DNA of 46,063 nucleotides from an uncultured Planctomycetales bacterium. GTDB taxonomy: Bacteria > Omnitrophota > Gorgyraeia > Zapsychrales > Zapsychraceae. The notes under the pieces were generated by a model that did no database searches, was not told where the DNA came from, and saw only the letters and a program-made list of their open reading frames with translations. The stretch is taken from contig CAYIMR010000004.1 of the NCBI GenBank assembly GCA_964364455.1, positions 1 through 46,063 on the forward strand, given 5' to 3'. Positions 36,160 through 45,090 of the stretch are shown here, piece after piece. The first letter of the stretch is position 1. Each line of letters begins with the position of its first letter. The position numbers and the translations under genes were made by a program.

Positions 36160-36945
36160 TTATAAATACCTGTAAATATACTCCGGCAAGTGATACTCGA
36201 TATTCGTCAAAACATGCCCGATAATTTTTGACTGCGATTGCTCCAGAAGTTCGGTGGCTCGCCGGATAACGCCCCGCTGGGTGCGCCCGGCCTGGATAGT
36301 CATGAGGATGCCGTCGACTAAAGCCCCCACAATGCCCGGGTCCGTGACGGCGATGATCGGAGGCGTATCGATCAGGATAAAATCGAACTGGGCCTTCATA
36401 TCCGCCAGAAACTGCCGCATTTTATCGGAGCCAAGCAGTTCCGCGGGGTTTTCCGCCACACTGCCGGCGGCGATGAAGGCAAGATTTTCCATGTCGATGT
36501 GAAAAAGCGCTTCGGACGCGCCGGCTTTATCGGTTAGAATTTCCGTAAGGCCCGTCGGATGGTCAACGCCAAGGTATTTCGCCAGGCGGCCCCGGCGCAT
36601 GTCCGCGTCCACGACCAGGACTTTCGGCTTTTGCGTGGATTGGGCGATCACCATGGCCAGATTCAGCGCGGTAACGGTTTTCCCTTCGGAGTGCAATGAG
36701 CTGGTAATGACCAGCGTTTTCAACGGCCGTTTGGCGTTCGTCGAAAGGATATTCGTCCTCAGGATTTTATATTGTTCGGTGATCAGGGCCTTGGGGTCGA
36801 AATAAGTGACCAGGCGCGGATCGACCCTGGAATCCCCGATTTTCTTGATGACCAGCGCTTTCTGTTCGTGGATGCGCGCGATCTTATCGATGCGCTCGAT
36901 CCTGTCTTCGGCGGCTTTGCGCAATGCTTCTGTGATTTTACCCAT
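36160..36945 (-). CDS. CpsD/CapB-family bacterial tyrosine kinase
   Basis: EQYKILRTNI, SEGKT, VVDADMRR, LIDTPP, Tyr-rich C-terminus. Confidence 0.9.
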   Translation of the reverse strand: MGKITEALRKAAEDRIERIDKIARIHEQKALVIKKIGDSRVDPRLVTYFDPKALITEQYKILRTNILSTNAKRPLKTLVITSSLHSEGKTVTALNLAMVIAQSTQKPKVLVVDADMRRGRLAKYLGVDHPTGLTEILTDKAGASEALFHIDMENLAFIAAGSVAENPAELLGSDKMRQFLADMKAQFDFILIDTPPIIAVTDPGIVGALVDGILMTIQAGRTQRGVIRRATELLEQSQSKIIGHVLTNIEYHLPEYIYRYL

Positions 36946-36972
36946 TTTAAGATTCCTTTGTTTTAAGGGGTT

Positions 36973-37055
36973 TTGAGAATGGATAATGGAAAATAGAAAA
37001 TCGAGCGTTATTGCCAGCTATTTTCCATCTTCCATTCTCCATCTTCCATCTTCGA
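36973..37055. repeat. inverted heptamer arrays forming an empty hairpin
   Basis: TTGAGAA TGGATAA TGGAAAA TAGAAAA ... TTTTCCA TCTTCCA TTCTCCA TCTTCCA TCTTCGA. Confidence 0.75.
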
Positions 37056-37575
37056 TTTTTTTGACCTTATCATTTAGCGCTATGAATTTTCCCAGCATCA
37101 ACTTGTCATTGACGCGCAAGTCTTCGATCTTGGCCAGGTGGGACTTTGCCTCTTCCAGATTCCTTGTGAGGCCCTTCAGGTCTTTTTGCAATACGATGAT
37201 CTGTTGGCGCTGGTCTTTGCGCGCTGACTCAGCTTTCATCCAGTACCGACGGATGGCCGCAAGTTCTTGTTTTTGTTCGTCCATATGCCGGGAAATGTCC
37301 AAGGACATGGTTTTGGCGTTCTCTAATCCCGCCATGGTCTTGAAGTTTACAAAAACGGATCCGGCCACGGCCACAACGAGTAAAACGGCGGTGAGGCCGT
37401 ACCCGATACGCCATAGCCCGCTTTGGTCCTGGCGCGCGGCAGGCGAAGGCGCCGGCGAAGGCCGTGCAGGTCCCGCTTCGCGTCCCGCTTCGCGGGACAG
37501 GCCGGGCAAGGCCGGGGCTGATTGTCTTTGGCGTTCTTCTTTGACTTGGTTGAGGGCATCGAACAGTTTGCTCAC
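37018..37575 (-). CDS. hypothetical single-TM coiled-coil protein (MSKLFDAL start, GspB-like)
   Basis: Follows the ExeA-like ATPase; one TM segment; C-terminus encoded by the heptamer repeat. Confidence 0.6.
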   Translation of the reverse strand: MSKLFDALNQVKEERQRQSAPALPGLSREAGREAGPARPSPAPSPAARQDQSGLWRIGYGLTAVLLVVAVAGSVFVNFKTMAGLENAKTMSLDISRHMDEQKQELAAIRRYWMKAESARKDQRQQIIVLQKDLKGLTRNLEEAKSHLAKIEDLRVNDKLMLGKFIALNDKVKKIEDGRWRMEDGK

Positions 37576-38450
37576 TATTTACCATCCACAATTCTTTCAA
37601 ACTCCTCATCAATGTCCGTCTTGTCTTTTTCCTCGGACATGATCTGGTTCGAGGGCGACTCCCTGACGACTTCCCGCATCAATTCATGGTCGATAATTTC
37701 TTTTTCATAAATAAACCCGTTTAAAAGCGCGCTGTCGCAAATCTGGTTGATCAATCGCGGGACGCCTTTGGAGAACTGGTAAACAGTGTCCAGCGCCTGG
37801 TCCGTGAAATATTGCCGGTCGGATTTGCTGGCGATCTTCAGCCGGTGCGCAATGTATTTTTTGGCGTCCCCCTCGGTGAGCGGCGTCAAATGATAAAAGA
37901 CCGCGATCCTCTGGCGCAATTGTTCCAGCCGGGGTAAAGCCAGCTTTTTTTTCAATTCCGGCTGCCCCAGGAAGATGATCTGGACCAGTTTTTCGTTTTC
38001 GGTCTCCAGGTTGGAGAGCATGCGGACTTCCTCGAGGACGGACGGTGTGAGGTTCTGCGCTTCATCGATGATGATAACGACGTTATGGCCGTTGCGCAAT
38101 TGTTCAATGAGATATATGTTCAGTTGGGAAATAAGCTGCGCTTTGGAACCGCGGGTGTACTCGACACCGAAATCTTCAAGGATGGTGCATAACAGGTCCT
38201 TGCCGCTGATATGGGTGTTGGTGACCAGGGCCGTTTGGGTGCGCGCGTCGAGCTTGTTGAGAAGCGTGCGGCAGACGGTGGTCTTGCCGGAGCCGATGTC
38301 GCCGGTAATGACGACAAAACCCTTGCGGGATTCAATGGCATAGATCAATGTGCTCAAGGCCTCCACGTGCTTGCTGCTTTCGTAGAAAAACCGCGAACTG
38401 GGCGTCATATTAAACGGCGCTTCCTTGAAGCCGTAGAATTTGTGATACAT
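37575..38450 (-). CDS. ExeA/GspA-like AAA ATPase
   Basis: FYGFKEAPF, TGDIGSGKTT, IIDEAQNL, GQPEL, GVPRLINQICD. Confidence 0.9.
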   Translation of the reverse strand: MYHKFYGFKEAPFNMTPSSRFFYESSKHVEALSTLIYAIESRKGFVVITGDIGSGKTTVCRTLLNKLDARTQTALVTNTHISGKDLLCTILEDFGVEYTRGSKAQLISQLNIYLIEQLRNGHNVVIIIDEAQNLTPSVLEEVRMLSNLETENEKLVQIIFLGQPELKKKLALPRLEQLRQRIAVFYHLTPLTEGDAKKYIAHRLKIASKSDRQYFTDQALDTVYQFSKGVPRLINQICDSALLNGFIYEKEIIDHELMREVVRESPSNQIMSEEKDKTDIDEEFERIVDGK

Positions 38451-38469
38451 AGTTACCTCATTATCTGGA

Positions 38470-38577
38470 TTGAAGATGGAAGATAGAAAATGGAAGATAG
38501 AATTTTTGTTTTACTCATCATTGCCTGTCTTCCGTCATCCGTTGTTCTATTCTCCATTCTCTATTTTCCATCTTCGA
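38470..38577. repeat. inverted heptamer arrays forming an empty hairpin
   Basis: TTGAAGA TGGAAGA TAGAAAA TGGAAGA ... TTCTCCA TTCTCTA TTTTCCA TCTTCGA. Confidence 0.75.
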
Positions 38578-38580
38578 TCA

Positions 38581-39867
38581 TTATTTCAAGAAATTTGTCA
38601 CCGCCACCGTCGCGATCACCACGATCACGCCGATGGCGACGGTCGTGGTGTACATCCAGCGCTCTTTTTCGTGTTCCATGCGGATGCTGTCGGTGGTATT
38701 GATCTTGGAAATAGCGCCTAAAAGCGGCACGCCCAGGAAATTTTTCGCTTCTTCGACGTCGATAAAAGATTTGTCCAGGAATTCCGCCCCGATGACCAGG
38801 CCGACACCGGCCAGGATGCCTAAAAACAGTCCGATGAACGCGACTAAGACTACGTTGGGTTGGAACGGCTTCAATGGAATTCTGGGGGGGTCCAAAATGG
38901 TGTACTGGGTCCCCTCCTTGGACGACTGCAGGCGCTGGGTGATCTTGGCGGTCTCCAGCCGCTGGAGAAGCGTGTTATAAATATTTTCGTTGACCCCCGC
39001 GTCCCTCGCCAGCACTTTCTGGAGATCCAGATTGAGCGTCAGCTGGGCGTTATTGTCCGTCTTTCCGCCGGCGCCGGCCGTGGGGGTTGAGATGGATTCA
39101 ATGGAGTCCAGCGCGGTTTTGATATTTTCGATGATGGGATTGGTCGTGTCTTTTTCCAGGTTGATGTCCTGGATGTACTCCAGGTTTTCGGCCCGCAGCG
39201 CTTCTTTTTTGGCGGCGATCTGGTCCTGGAGCCTTTTTACCAAGGGATGTTTTTCCGTTGAGTCGGTCAGGAGGGTGTCCAGCTGTTCCTGCAGCTTCGC
39301 GATCTCCGCGGATTTGATCTTTCCTTTGTAGACCTTCAACTGCTCTTCGATAAAGGTGATGGCGTTGGAAGTCTCATCGTTCTGGACACGGACGTTTTGG
39401 TCGATAAAGATCTTCGTGATCGTCTCGACCACCGCCTGGGTCATTTCCGGATCGCCGCTGATGTACGCGAGGTTAATGATATTGTTTCCGCGAAGTTTGA
39501 GCTGGATATTGTTTCTTAACGCGCGGATGAGTTCTTCATATTCCTGTTTGTTCCGGACGTCGTGGTCCAGGTTGAGCCTCTTGACGAGCTCGACTAAGCT
39601 GTTCCAGCCGAGGATGGATTCTCTCAAGCCCGTCATGCGCTGGCTGATGGTCGTTGAAACGGCGAGTTTGTCGAAAAGCGGGTTGTCGGATTTTCCCTCC
39701 TGCACCATAATGACCGTCTCGGACCTGTATTTACGGGGAAGGATGACTCCCGCGCATATGCCCAATGTCAGTCCGGCAAACATGGGGATGATCAACAGCT
39801 CTTTGCGCCGGAAAAAGATCTTTAAATAACTTAGCAGAGATATGCTTGAAGCGTCAAAGTCTTTCAT
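38581..39867 (-). CDS. polysaccharide chain-length determinant (GumC/Wzc N-terminal type)
   Basis: Two TM anchors, TEKHPLV, YNTLLQRLE, ILDPPRIP..P..PN. Confidence 0.85.
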   Translation of the reverse strand: MKDFDASSISLLSYLKIFFRRKELLIIPMFAGLTLGICAGVILPRKYRSETVIMVQEGKSDNPLFDKLAVSTTISQRMTGLRESILGWNSLVELVKRLNLDHDVRNKQEYEELIRALRNNIQLKLRGNNIINLAYISGDPEMTQAVVETITKIFIDQNVRVQNDETSNAITFIEEQLKVYKGKIKSAEIAKLQEQLDTLLTDSTEKHPLVKRLQDQIAAKKEALRAENLEYIQDINLEKDTTNPIIENIKTALDSIESISTPTAGAGGKTDNNAQLTLNLDLQKVLARDAGVNENIYNTLLQRLETAKITQRLQSSKEGTQYTILDPPRIPLKPFQPNVVLVAFIGLFLGILAGVGLVIGAEFLDKSFIDVEEAKNFLGVPLLGAISKINTTDSIRMEHEKERWMYTTTVAIGVIVVIATVAVTNFLK

Positions 39868-39894
39868 GGAACGATTCCTTCCTTAAGAAATGGT

Positions 39895-40725
39895 TTAAAA
39901 CCCGGTCATCACCGTTCTGCCGGCGCCGGCGGCGGTTCCAATGGGTTGAGCGACGGGTTGAATGACGCGCATGGTCTTGGCCAGGAACGTCGGCGGCACG
40001 TAGAGCGTATCCCCGGGCTGCATCACCAGATTTTCCCGCAAGTCTCCCTGGTAGAGGAGTTTTTCAACGTTGACCTTGCGGATAAGCGGAGTCCCGCTAT
40101 TGGACGGCGTGATCACGCGGCCCGCGTTTGTTTTGGCGCTTAAAAGCGGTAATCCGGCCTCCACCAGGGCTTCATGCACCGTCATCGTGTCGCCTTCCAT
40201 ATAGATCTTGCCGGGACGGCCGACTTCCCCGACCACGTAAATGATCTTGCTGTTGTACCCGACGATCTTGACCGTTATTTCGGGGTCGATGATGTAGTCG
40301 GAAAGTTTTTCGTTCAGCAGTTTCTTGACCTGGTCTTTGGTGAGCCCGCGGACGTTGAGGTCGCCGACGAATTCATACTGGATGTTCCCTTCATTGTTAA
40401 TGACGAACTGGCCGCTGACCTCCGGATGGCGCATCACGGTGATCTCCAGGATGTCGGTCTCTCCGACCGTGTAATGGCTCATCGCGGCGATGGCCTCAGG
40501 GATCTCTACGGAAGCGTCGGAGTCTTCGGCCGCGGCCGTTGGTTCCGGGCTAAGAGGGTCCGTGCCCACGCTTTCCTTGGGAGTGGGTTCTTCCTGTTTT
40601 CCCGGCCGCTGTTCCAGGTTCTCGGCCGTGACGGTACCGGCGAAATTTTGCGCGCCGGCGGTCGCTGCCAGCGCCCCCGCGCTGACAAAGCAAATTAAAA
40701 ATAGGCTTCGATATCTGTTTTTCAT
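39895..40725 (-). CDS. polysaccharide export protein (Wza-like, Poly_export + SLBB)
   Basis: Signal peptide, YTVGETDILEI, VVGEVGRPG, MQPGDTLYVP. Confidence 0.85.
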   Translation of the reverse strand: MKNRYRSLFLICFVSAGALAATAGAQNFAGTVTAENLEQRPGKQEEPTPKESVGTDPLSPEPTAAAEDSDASVEIPEAIAAMSHYTVGETDILEITVMRHPEVSGQFVINNEGNIQYEFVGDLNVRGLTKDQVKKLLNEKLSDYIIDPEITVKIVGYNSKIIYVVGEVGRPGKIYMEGDTMTVHEALVEAGLPLLSAKTNAGRVITPSNSGTPLIRKVNVEKLLYQGDLRENLVMQPGDTLYVPPTFLAKTMRVIQPVAQPIGTAAGAGRTVMTGF

Positions 40726-40752
40726 TCTGGTGTCCTCATTCGGGTGTTTGGT

Positions 40753-40944
40753 TTAAACTTCCGCCTCAAAAATGGCTTCGTGAAATTCTTTGATCTGCTG
40801 GACGTCGCCTTCTTCGTAAACACGCCAGCCGCGCCAGTCACGCTTTGAGCGGCGAATTTTGCCCACCTTCTCCCAGCGGGCCAGGGTTTTTGTGCTGACC
40901 CCCAGCATGCCTGCCACTTCGGTAATTGTAAAACGCTGGTTCAC
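40753..40944 (-). CDS. small MerR-family HTH protein
   Basis: FTITEVAGMLGVSTKTLARWEK.G...RDWRGWRVY; GTG start after AGGAGG. Confidence 0.8.
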   Translation of the reverse strand: MNQRFTITEVAGMLGVSTKTLARWEKVGKIRRSKRDWRGWRVYEEGDVQQIKEFHEAIFEAEV

Positions 40945-41027
40945 TTCTTTCCTCCTTTGCTCTTTGCTTCCCTGAAATACTGTAAATATGCTGTGCTTGC
41001 CTGTCGGCAAACGGATAGCTAACATCA

Positions 41028-41043
41028 AGCAATAACCGTGCCA
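41028..41043 (-). promoter_or_regulatory. sigma-54 (-24/-12) promoter of the polysaccharide operon
   Basis: Minus strand TGGCACGGTTATTGCT matches the TGGCAC-N5-TTGC consensus. Confidence 0.8.
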
Positions 41044-41378
41044 GCGATGTTTTAAGTGCAAAATATTTTTTGTATGGCTATAACATCTTGTAATGTATAG
41101 TTTTGCGGAGCATGGCGATGAGATCATCCATTGGCTGGATAATTACCCCTTTGGGAGGGCGTTTAAAAGAATGGACATGCATGTCCTGGACAAACCCTGA
41201 CAGTCTTGGAACTTTCCATATAGCAATGAGTTACTGATATGGTGAAAATATTAGTCATTTTGAAGAACTCAGGGGTGGATCACTTCCCGGGGGCACAACA
41301 TTTCTCGTCGACCGGATTTTTTTGGGGGGGAGGTAGAAATTTCTTGCTATTATCGAATCATATGGTATGCTTTTTGCT

Positions 41379-42824
41379 ATGCAAGCTCGGATCCTTCCCC
41401 AGCAAATCCAAAAAACGATCCTGGCCCCCGTCATGCAGCAATCCATTGAGGTCTTGCTGCTCGCTGTCACCGAACTGAATCTTTCCATTGAACAAGAATT
41501 GCAAAGCAATCCCCTTCTGGAGATCAATGAAGAGGCCCCCGCGGCCCAGGAATCCGGATCTAAGGAAGCGGCTTTTTATGGCAATGACCTCTCGCGTTCA
41601 TTACGCGCGCAGTATTCGCCTGATGATGAGGCCGTTGAAGATATGCCGGTTAAAATAGAATTTTCGCTGGAGGAGACTTTGCTTCAGCAGTTGCGCGTTG
41701 AGCCGCTCGATCCGCTGGAGCTCAAGATCGGGGAATATTTTATCGGGAACCTGGATGAGGACGGGTACCTCAAGATAACGTGCGAAGAAGTTGCCGGCGC
41801 GCTGGGGACCCAGGACCAGGATTTAATAGAACGCGTTTTGAAAATTATCCAGAGATTCGAACCGTTAGGGATCGCTTCCCGAAACCTGCAGGAATGTTTG
41901 TCGATCCAGATCGCGGCCATGCGCCCCGCGCGCCACGGTATTTACCTTGCCATCATCACCGACCATCTTCATGACCTGGGGCACAAACGCTTTCAGCAGA
42001 TCAGCAAAGATATTGGTATATCCCTTTCCGAGATCAGGGAGGCGGCAAATTTCATCGCCGGCCTGGAACCGAAACCCGCCCGCAATTTCCGTCCCATCCG
42101 CTCTTCGATCTATATTCAGCCCGATGTTTTTATTTTGAAAGATAAAGAGCGCGGCTATTACGTGGAAGTCAGCCGTGAGGGGATCCCCTCCTTGCGCGTG
42201 AACGCCTATTACCGGAATCTGCTGGGGCGCGCGGGTTTAAGCGAAAAGGACCGGGAATTTATCCAGGAAAAATTCCGTGACGCGACAAATTTTATCAAGA
42301 GCGTCGAGCAGCGCGGGCACACCCTGCGGCGCATCGCCGAATATATCCTCATCAAACAAATGGCGTTCTTTGACCGCGGTGAAGACCTCTCGCCCCTGGT
42401 CCTTAAAGACGTCGCGCAGGCCATCAGCCGTAACGAATCGACCATCAGCCGCGCGATCAGCAACAAATATATCGACACCCCACGCGGGATGTTCCCGATG
42501 AAATTCTTTTTTTCCCAAGGCATCCATCCCATAAAGAGCCCGCCCCTGGCGAGGCCGCCTTCAGCGAGCCTCACCAAAGGTGGGCTCGCCGCGAAAGCGG
42601 GCGGCCTGTCGGCGGCCTCCGATGACGCGCAAGGCAGCGTGGCCTCCCGCAGCGTCAAGGATGAGATCCAAAATATCATTATCGGTGAGGACAAAACCGC
42701 GCCTTTCTCCGACCAGGACATCCAGCGTTATTTCAAGCGGCGGAACATGCAGATCGCCCGCCGGACCGTCAGTAAATACCGCCAGGCATTAAGGATCCTC
42801 CCGTCAAATTTAAGAAAAGTTTAA
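41379..42824 (+). CDS. rpoN: RNA polymerase sigma-54 factor
   Basis: Gln/Leu-rich region I, GNLDEDGYL, ESTISRA...KY..TPRG, RpoN box ARRTVSKYR. Confidence 0.95.
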   Translation: MQARILPQQIQKTILAPVMQQSIEVLLLAVTELNLSIEQELQSNPLLEINEEAPAAQESGSKEAAFYGNDLSRSLRAQYSPDDEAVEDMPVKIEFSLEETLLQQLRVEPLDPLELKIGEYFIGNLDEDGYLKITCEEVAGALGTQDQDLIERVLKIIQRFEPLGIASRNLQECLSIQIAAMRPARHGIYLAIITDHLHDLGHKRFQQISKDIGISLSEIREAANFIAGLEPKPARNFRPIRSSIYIQPDVFILKDKERGYYVEVSREGIPSLRVNAYYRNLLGRAGLSEKDREFIQEKFRDATNFIKSVEQRGHTLRRIAEYILIKQMAFFDRGEDLSPLVLKDVAQAISRNESTISRAISNKYIDTPRGMFPMKFFFSQGIHPIKSPPLARPPSASLTKGGLAAKAGGLSAASDDAQGSVASRSVKDEIQNIIIGEDKTAPFSDQDIQRYFKRRNMQIARRTVSKYRQALRILPSNLRKV

Positions 42825-42865
42825 GTGTAGCGAAGTAAATGTGGAAAGTATGCAGCGGGGAAGCG

Positions 42866-43261
42866 TCAAGCTCGCGCGGCTATTTTCGTTTTTCGGGCGT
42901 AGTCGTCTTCCAGCCTGGTGATATCGGTCTCGGAAAGCTTCCCTCCGTTGGCGGCGACGGCCACTTCGATAAAGATCAACTTCCTTTTTCCTGTATTAGC
43001 GATGCGGTGGATGGCGCCGACCGGGACACTTAAAACAGATCCGGCACGGACATTTTTTTTCCGGCCGTTGAGCATCACGTAACCGTGCCCGCGGACAATA
43101 TTCCATTTTTCCGAGCGATAGGCATGTTTTTGCAGACTAAGACGGGCTCCTGGTTTTACCTCCACCCTTTTTACCCAGAGACCGTTTTCCTGGAATAATT
43201 TGACGTAATTGCCCCAGGGGCGGACGGTCAGAGAATCGGCGCGTGTCGTTTTCATGGTCAT
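42866..43261 (-). CDS. mannose-6-phosphate isomerase type II C-terminal cupin
   Basis: RPWG, VKPGARLSLQKH..RSEKW, HRIAN, DITRLEDDYAR. Confidence 0.85.
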   Translation of the reverse strand: MTMKTTRADSLTVRPWGNYVKLFQENGLWVKRVEVKPGARLSLQKHAYRSEKWNIVRGHGYVMLNGRKKNVRAGSVLSVPVGAIHRIANTGKRKLIFIEVAVAANGGKLSETDITRLEDDYARKTKIAARA

Positions 43262-43653
43262 AAGTGCCTCAAGATGGCGTTTAAGACGATTTGGGATTTG
43301 GTCTCGTCCCCTAAAATACCGGCGCGGATTTTCAGCCGGGAGGAACGCTCCGTCATGGCCTTGATGTTGATGGTGCCTTCTTGTCCGTCGTCAAATTTAA
43401 ATTTGATCTTGGCCAGGTGCTTGCGGATCTGGTCGGAGCTCACGGCGCATTTGATGTCCCTTAGCCCCCCCAGGCTCGCTCGGTGGAGCTGATCCACGGA
43501 TTTATCGAAATTCTGCTCCAGGCTCCCCTTCACCCAGACCACTCCGCCTGCCCCGGCCGCGGCGCCGATCAAAAGCGGAACGCAGCCCTGCGTAGTTATT
43601 AATGTTGCGGATAGCAGAACCGCCAGGAGCATCGAGTTAAAGTATCGGGGCAT
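43258..43653 (-). CDS. DUF3568-like lipoprotein
   Basis: Lipobox TQGC, LLIGAAAGAGG, IRAGILGDE..S. Confidence 0.7.
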   Translation of the reverse strand: MPRYFNSMLLAVLLSATLITTQGCVPLLIGAAAGAGGVVWVKGSLEQNFDKSVDQLHRASLGGLRDIKCAVSSDQIRKHLAKIKFKFDDGQEGTINIKAMTERSSRLKIRAGILGDETKSQIVLNAILRHL

Positions 43654-43675
43654 CGCTCCCTTCCTATGGCATTTT

Positions 43676-45079
43676 TTATTTGTCATTTTTGAAAAACTTC
43701 TTTAACGCATTTGCCAGCTGTTCCAGATCTTTTTTCGCGTGCGTGCCGGAAATGAAAAAGGCTTCCATGTCCGCCGGCGGCCAATAAATGCCGGCGTTCA
43801 AAAGATGGTGGAATAACCGGGCGTAACGCTCTCCCCCGGCGGCGGCCCGCCGGAGGGGAGATTCCCCCTCGGCGAGGCTCGCCAAAGGCTGTTCGCCTTT
43901 GGCGGCCCGCGCGTCCGCGTAATTAAGGACGGGTTCTTTACGAAAATAAATGCTCATCATCGATCGGTAATGGGCGATGTGCGCCGGGATATCATGGGTT
44001 TGAAAATAGCCGTTGATGTCCTCGACGAAGGCCGCGCAGCGGTCATTGAGCCGCTTGTAAAATGCCGCGTTGAACAGCCGCAAGCCGGTTAAGCCCGCGC
44101 GCATGACAACCGGATTGCCGGAAAATGTCCCCGCCTGGTAAACACCACCTAAAGGAGCCAGGCACTGCATGATGTCCTTGCGTCCACCGTAGGCGCCAAC
44201 GGGAAACCCGGCGCCGATGATCTTGCCCAAACATGTCAGATCCGGCGTAACGCCGTAATCCGCCTGCGCGCAACCGGTGCTGGTACGAAATCCTGTCATC
44301 ACTTCATCAAAGATCAGGATAATGCCGTATTGTTTGGTCAATTCCCGGAGCCGCCGCAGGAATTCCGGCTTGGCCGGGATAACGCCCATGTTCCCGGCAA
44401 CGGGTTCGATGATCACGCAAGCAATGGTATTTTTATGTTTCGCTAAAGTTTGTTCCAGAACAACAACGTCATTATAAGGCAAGCTGATGGTGTTGTCGAT
44501 GTGGTTTCGCGGAATCCCGAGGCTTGAAGATTTTTTTAGCTGAGTAACGCCGGATCCGGCCGCGGTCAAGAGGTCATCGAAGTGGCCGTGGTAGCCGCCG
44601 TCGAATTTGACGATCGTGTCCCGGCCGGTGAATCCCCGGGCCAGGCGGATGGCGCTCATCGTCGCCTCGGTGCCGGAGTTGACAAAACGAATCAGCTCGA
44701 TGGACGGCACTTGCGCCGTAATGTGCCTGGCAATTTCAATTTCTTCGCGGGTCGTGGTACCGAAACTGGTCCCTTTTTCAAGTGCGCGTTTGGCGCTTAA
44801 GATGACGTTGGAGTGCGCGTGCCCGAGGATGAGCGCCCCCCAGGATAAGCAGTAATCCGTGTAGGCATTATTATCGTAATCGTAGAGTTTGGCGCCGCGG
44901 CCGTATTTCATCACTATCGGCTGGCCGCCCACGCCTTTAAAGGAACGCACGGGGCTGTTGACGCCGCCGACCATGACTTGTTGGGCTTGCTGGAAGTATT
45001 CTTGAGAGTGTTGCGTGCGGATGTTTCGTCGCTCGTCGCTCGTCGCTCGTATTTCGTTGGCAGTCATTAGCCGTTTCAT
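43676..45079 (-). CDS. hemL: glutamate-1-semialdehyde 2,1-aminomutase
   Basis: GGVNSPVR, VNSGTEATM, FDEVMTGFR, GKIIG, YQAGTFSGNP. Confidence 0.95.
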   Translation of the reverse strand: MKRLMTANEIRATSDERRNIRTQHSQEYFQQAQQVMVGGVNSPVRSFKGVGGQPIVMKYGRGAKLYDYDNNAYTDYCLSWGALILGHAHSNVILSAKRALEKGTSFGTTTREEIEIARHITAQVPSIELIRFVNSGTEATMSAIRLARGFTGRDTIVKFDGGYHGHFDDLLTAAGSGVTQLKKSSSLGIPRNHIDNTISLPYNDVVVLEQTLAKHKNTIACVIIEPVAGNMGVIPAKPEFLRRLRELTKQYGIILIFDEVMTGFRTSTGCAQADYGVTPDLTCLGKIIGAGFPVGAYGGRKDIMQCLAPLGGVYQAGTFSGNPVVMRAGLTGLRLFNAAFYKRLNDRCAAFVEDINGYFQTHDIPAHIAHYRSMMSIYFRKEPVLNYADARAAKGEQPLASLAEGESPLRRAAAGGERYARLFHHLLNAGIYWPPADMEAFFISGTHAKKDLEQLANALKKFFKNDK

Positions 45080-45090
45080 TTTCTCTCTTC

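Noticed and set aside
36986-37642. 218-aa plus-strand ORF, and similar ORFs at 38470-38721
   Set aside because: Antisense frames kept open partly by low-complexity heptamer repeats.
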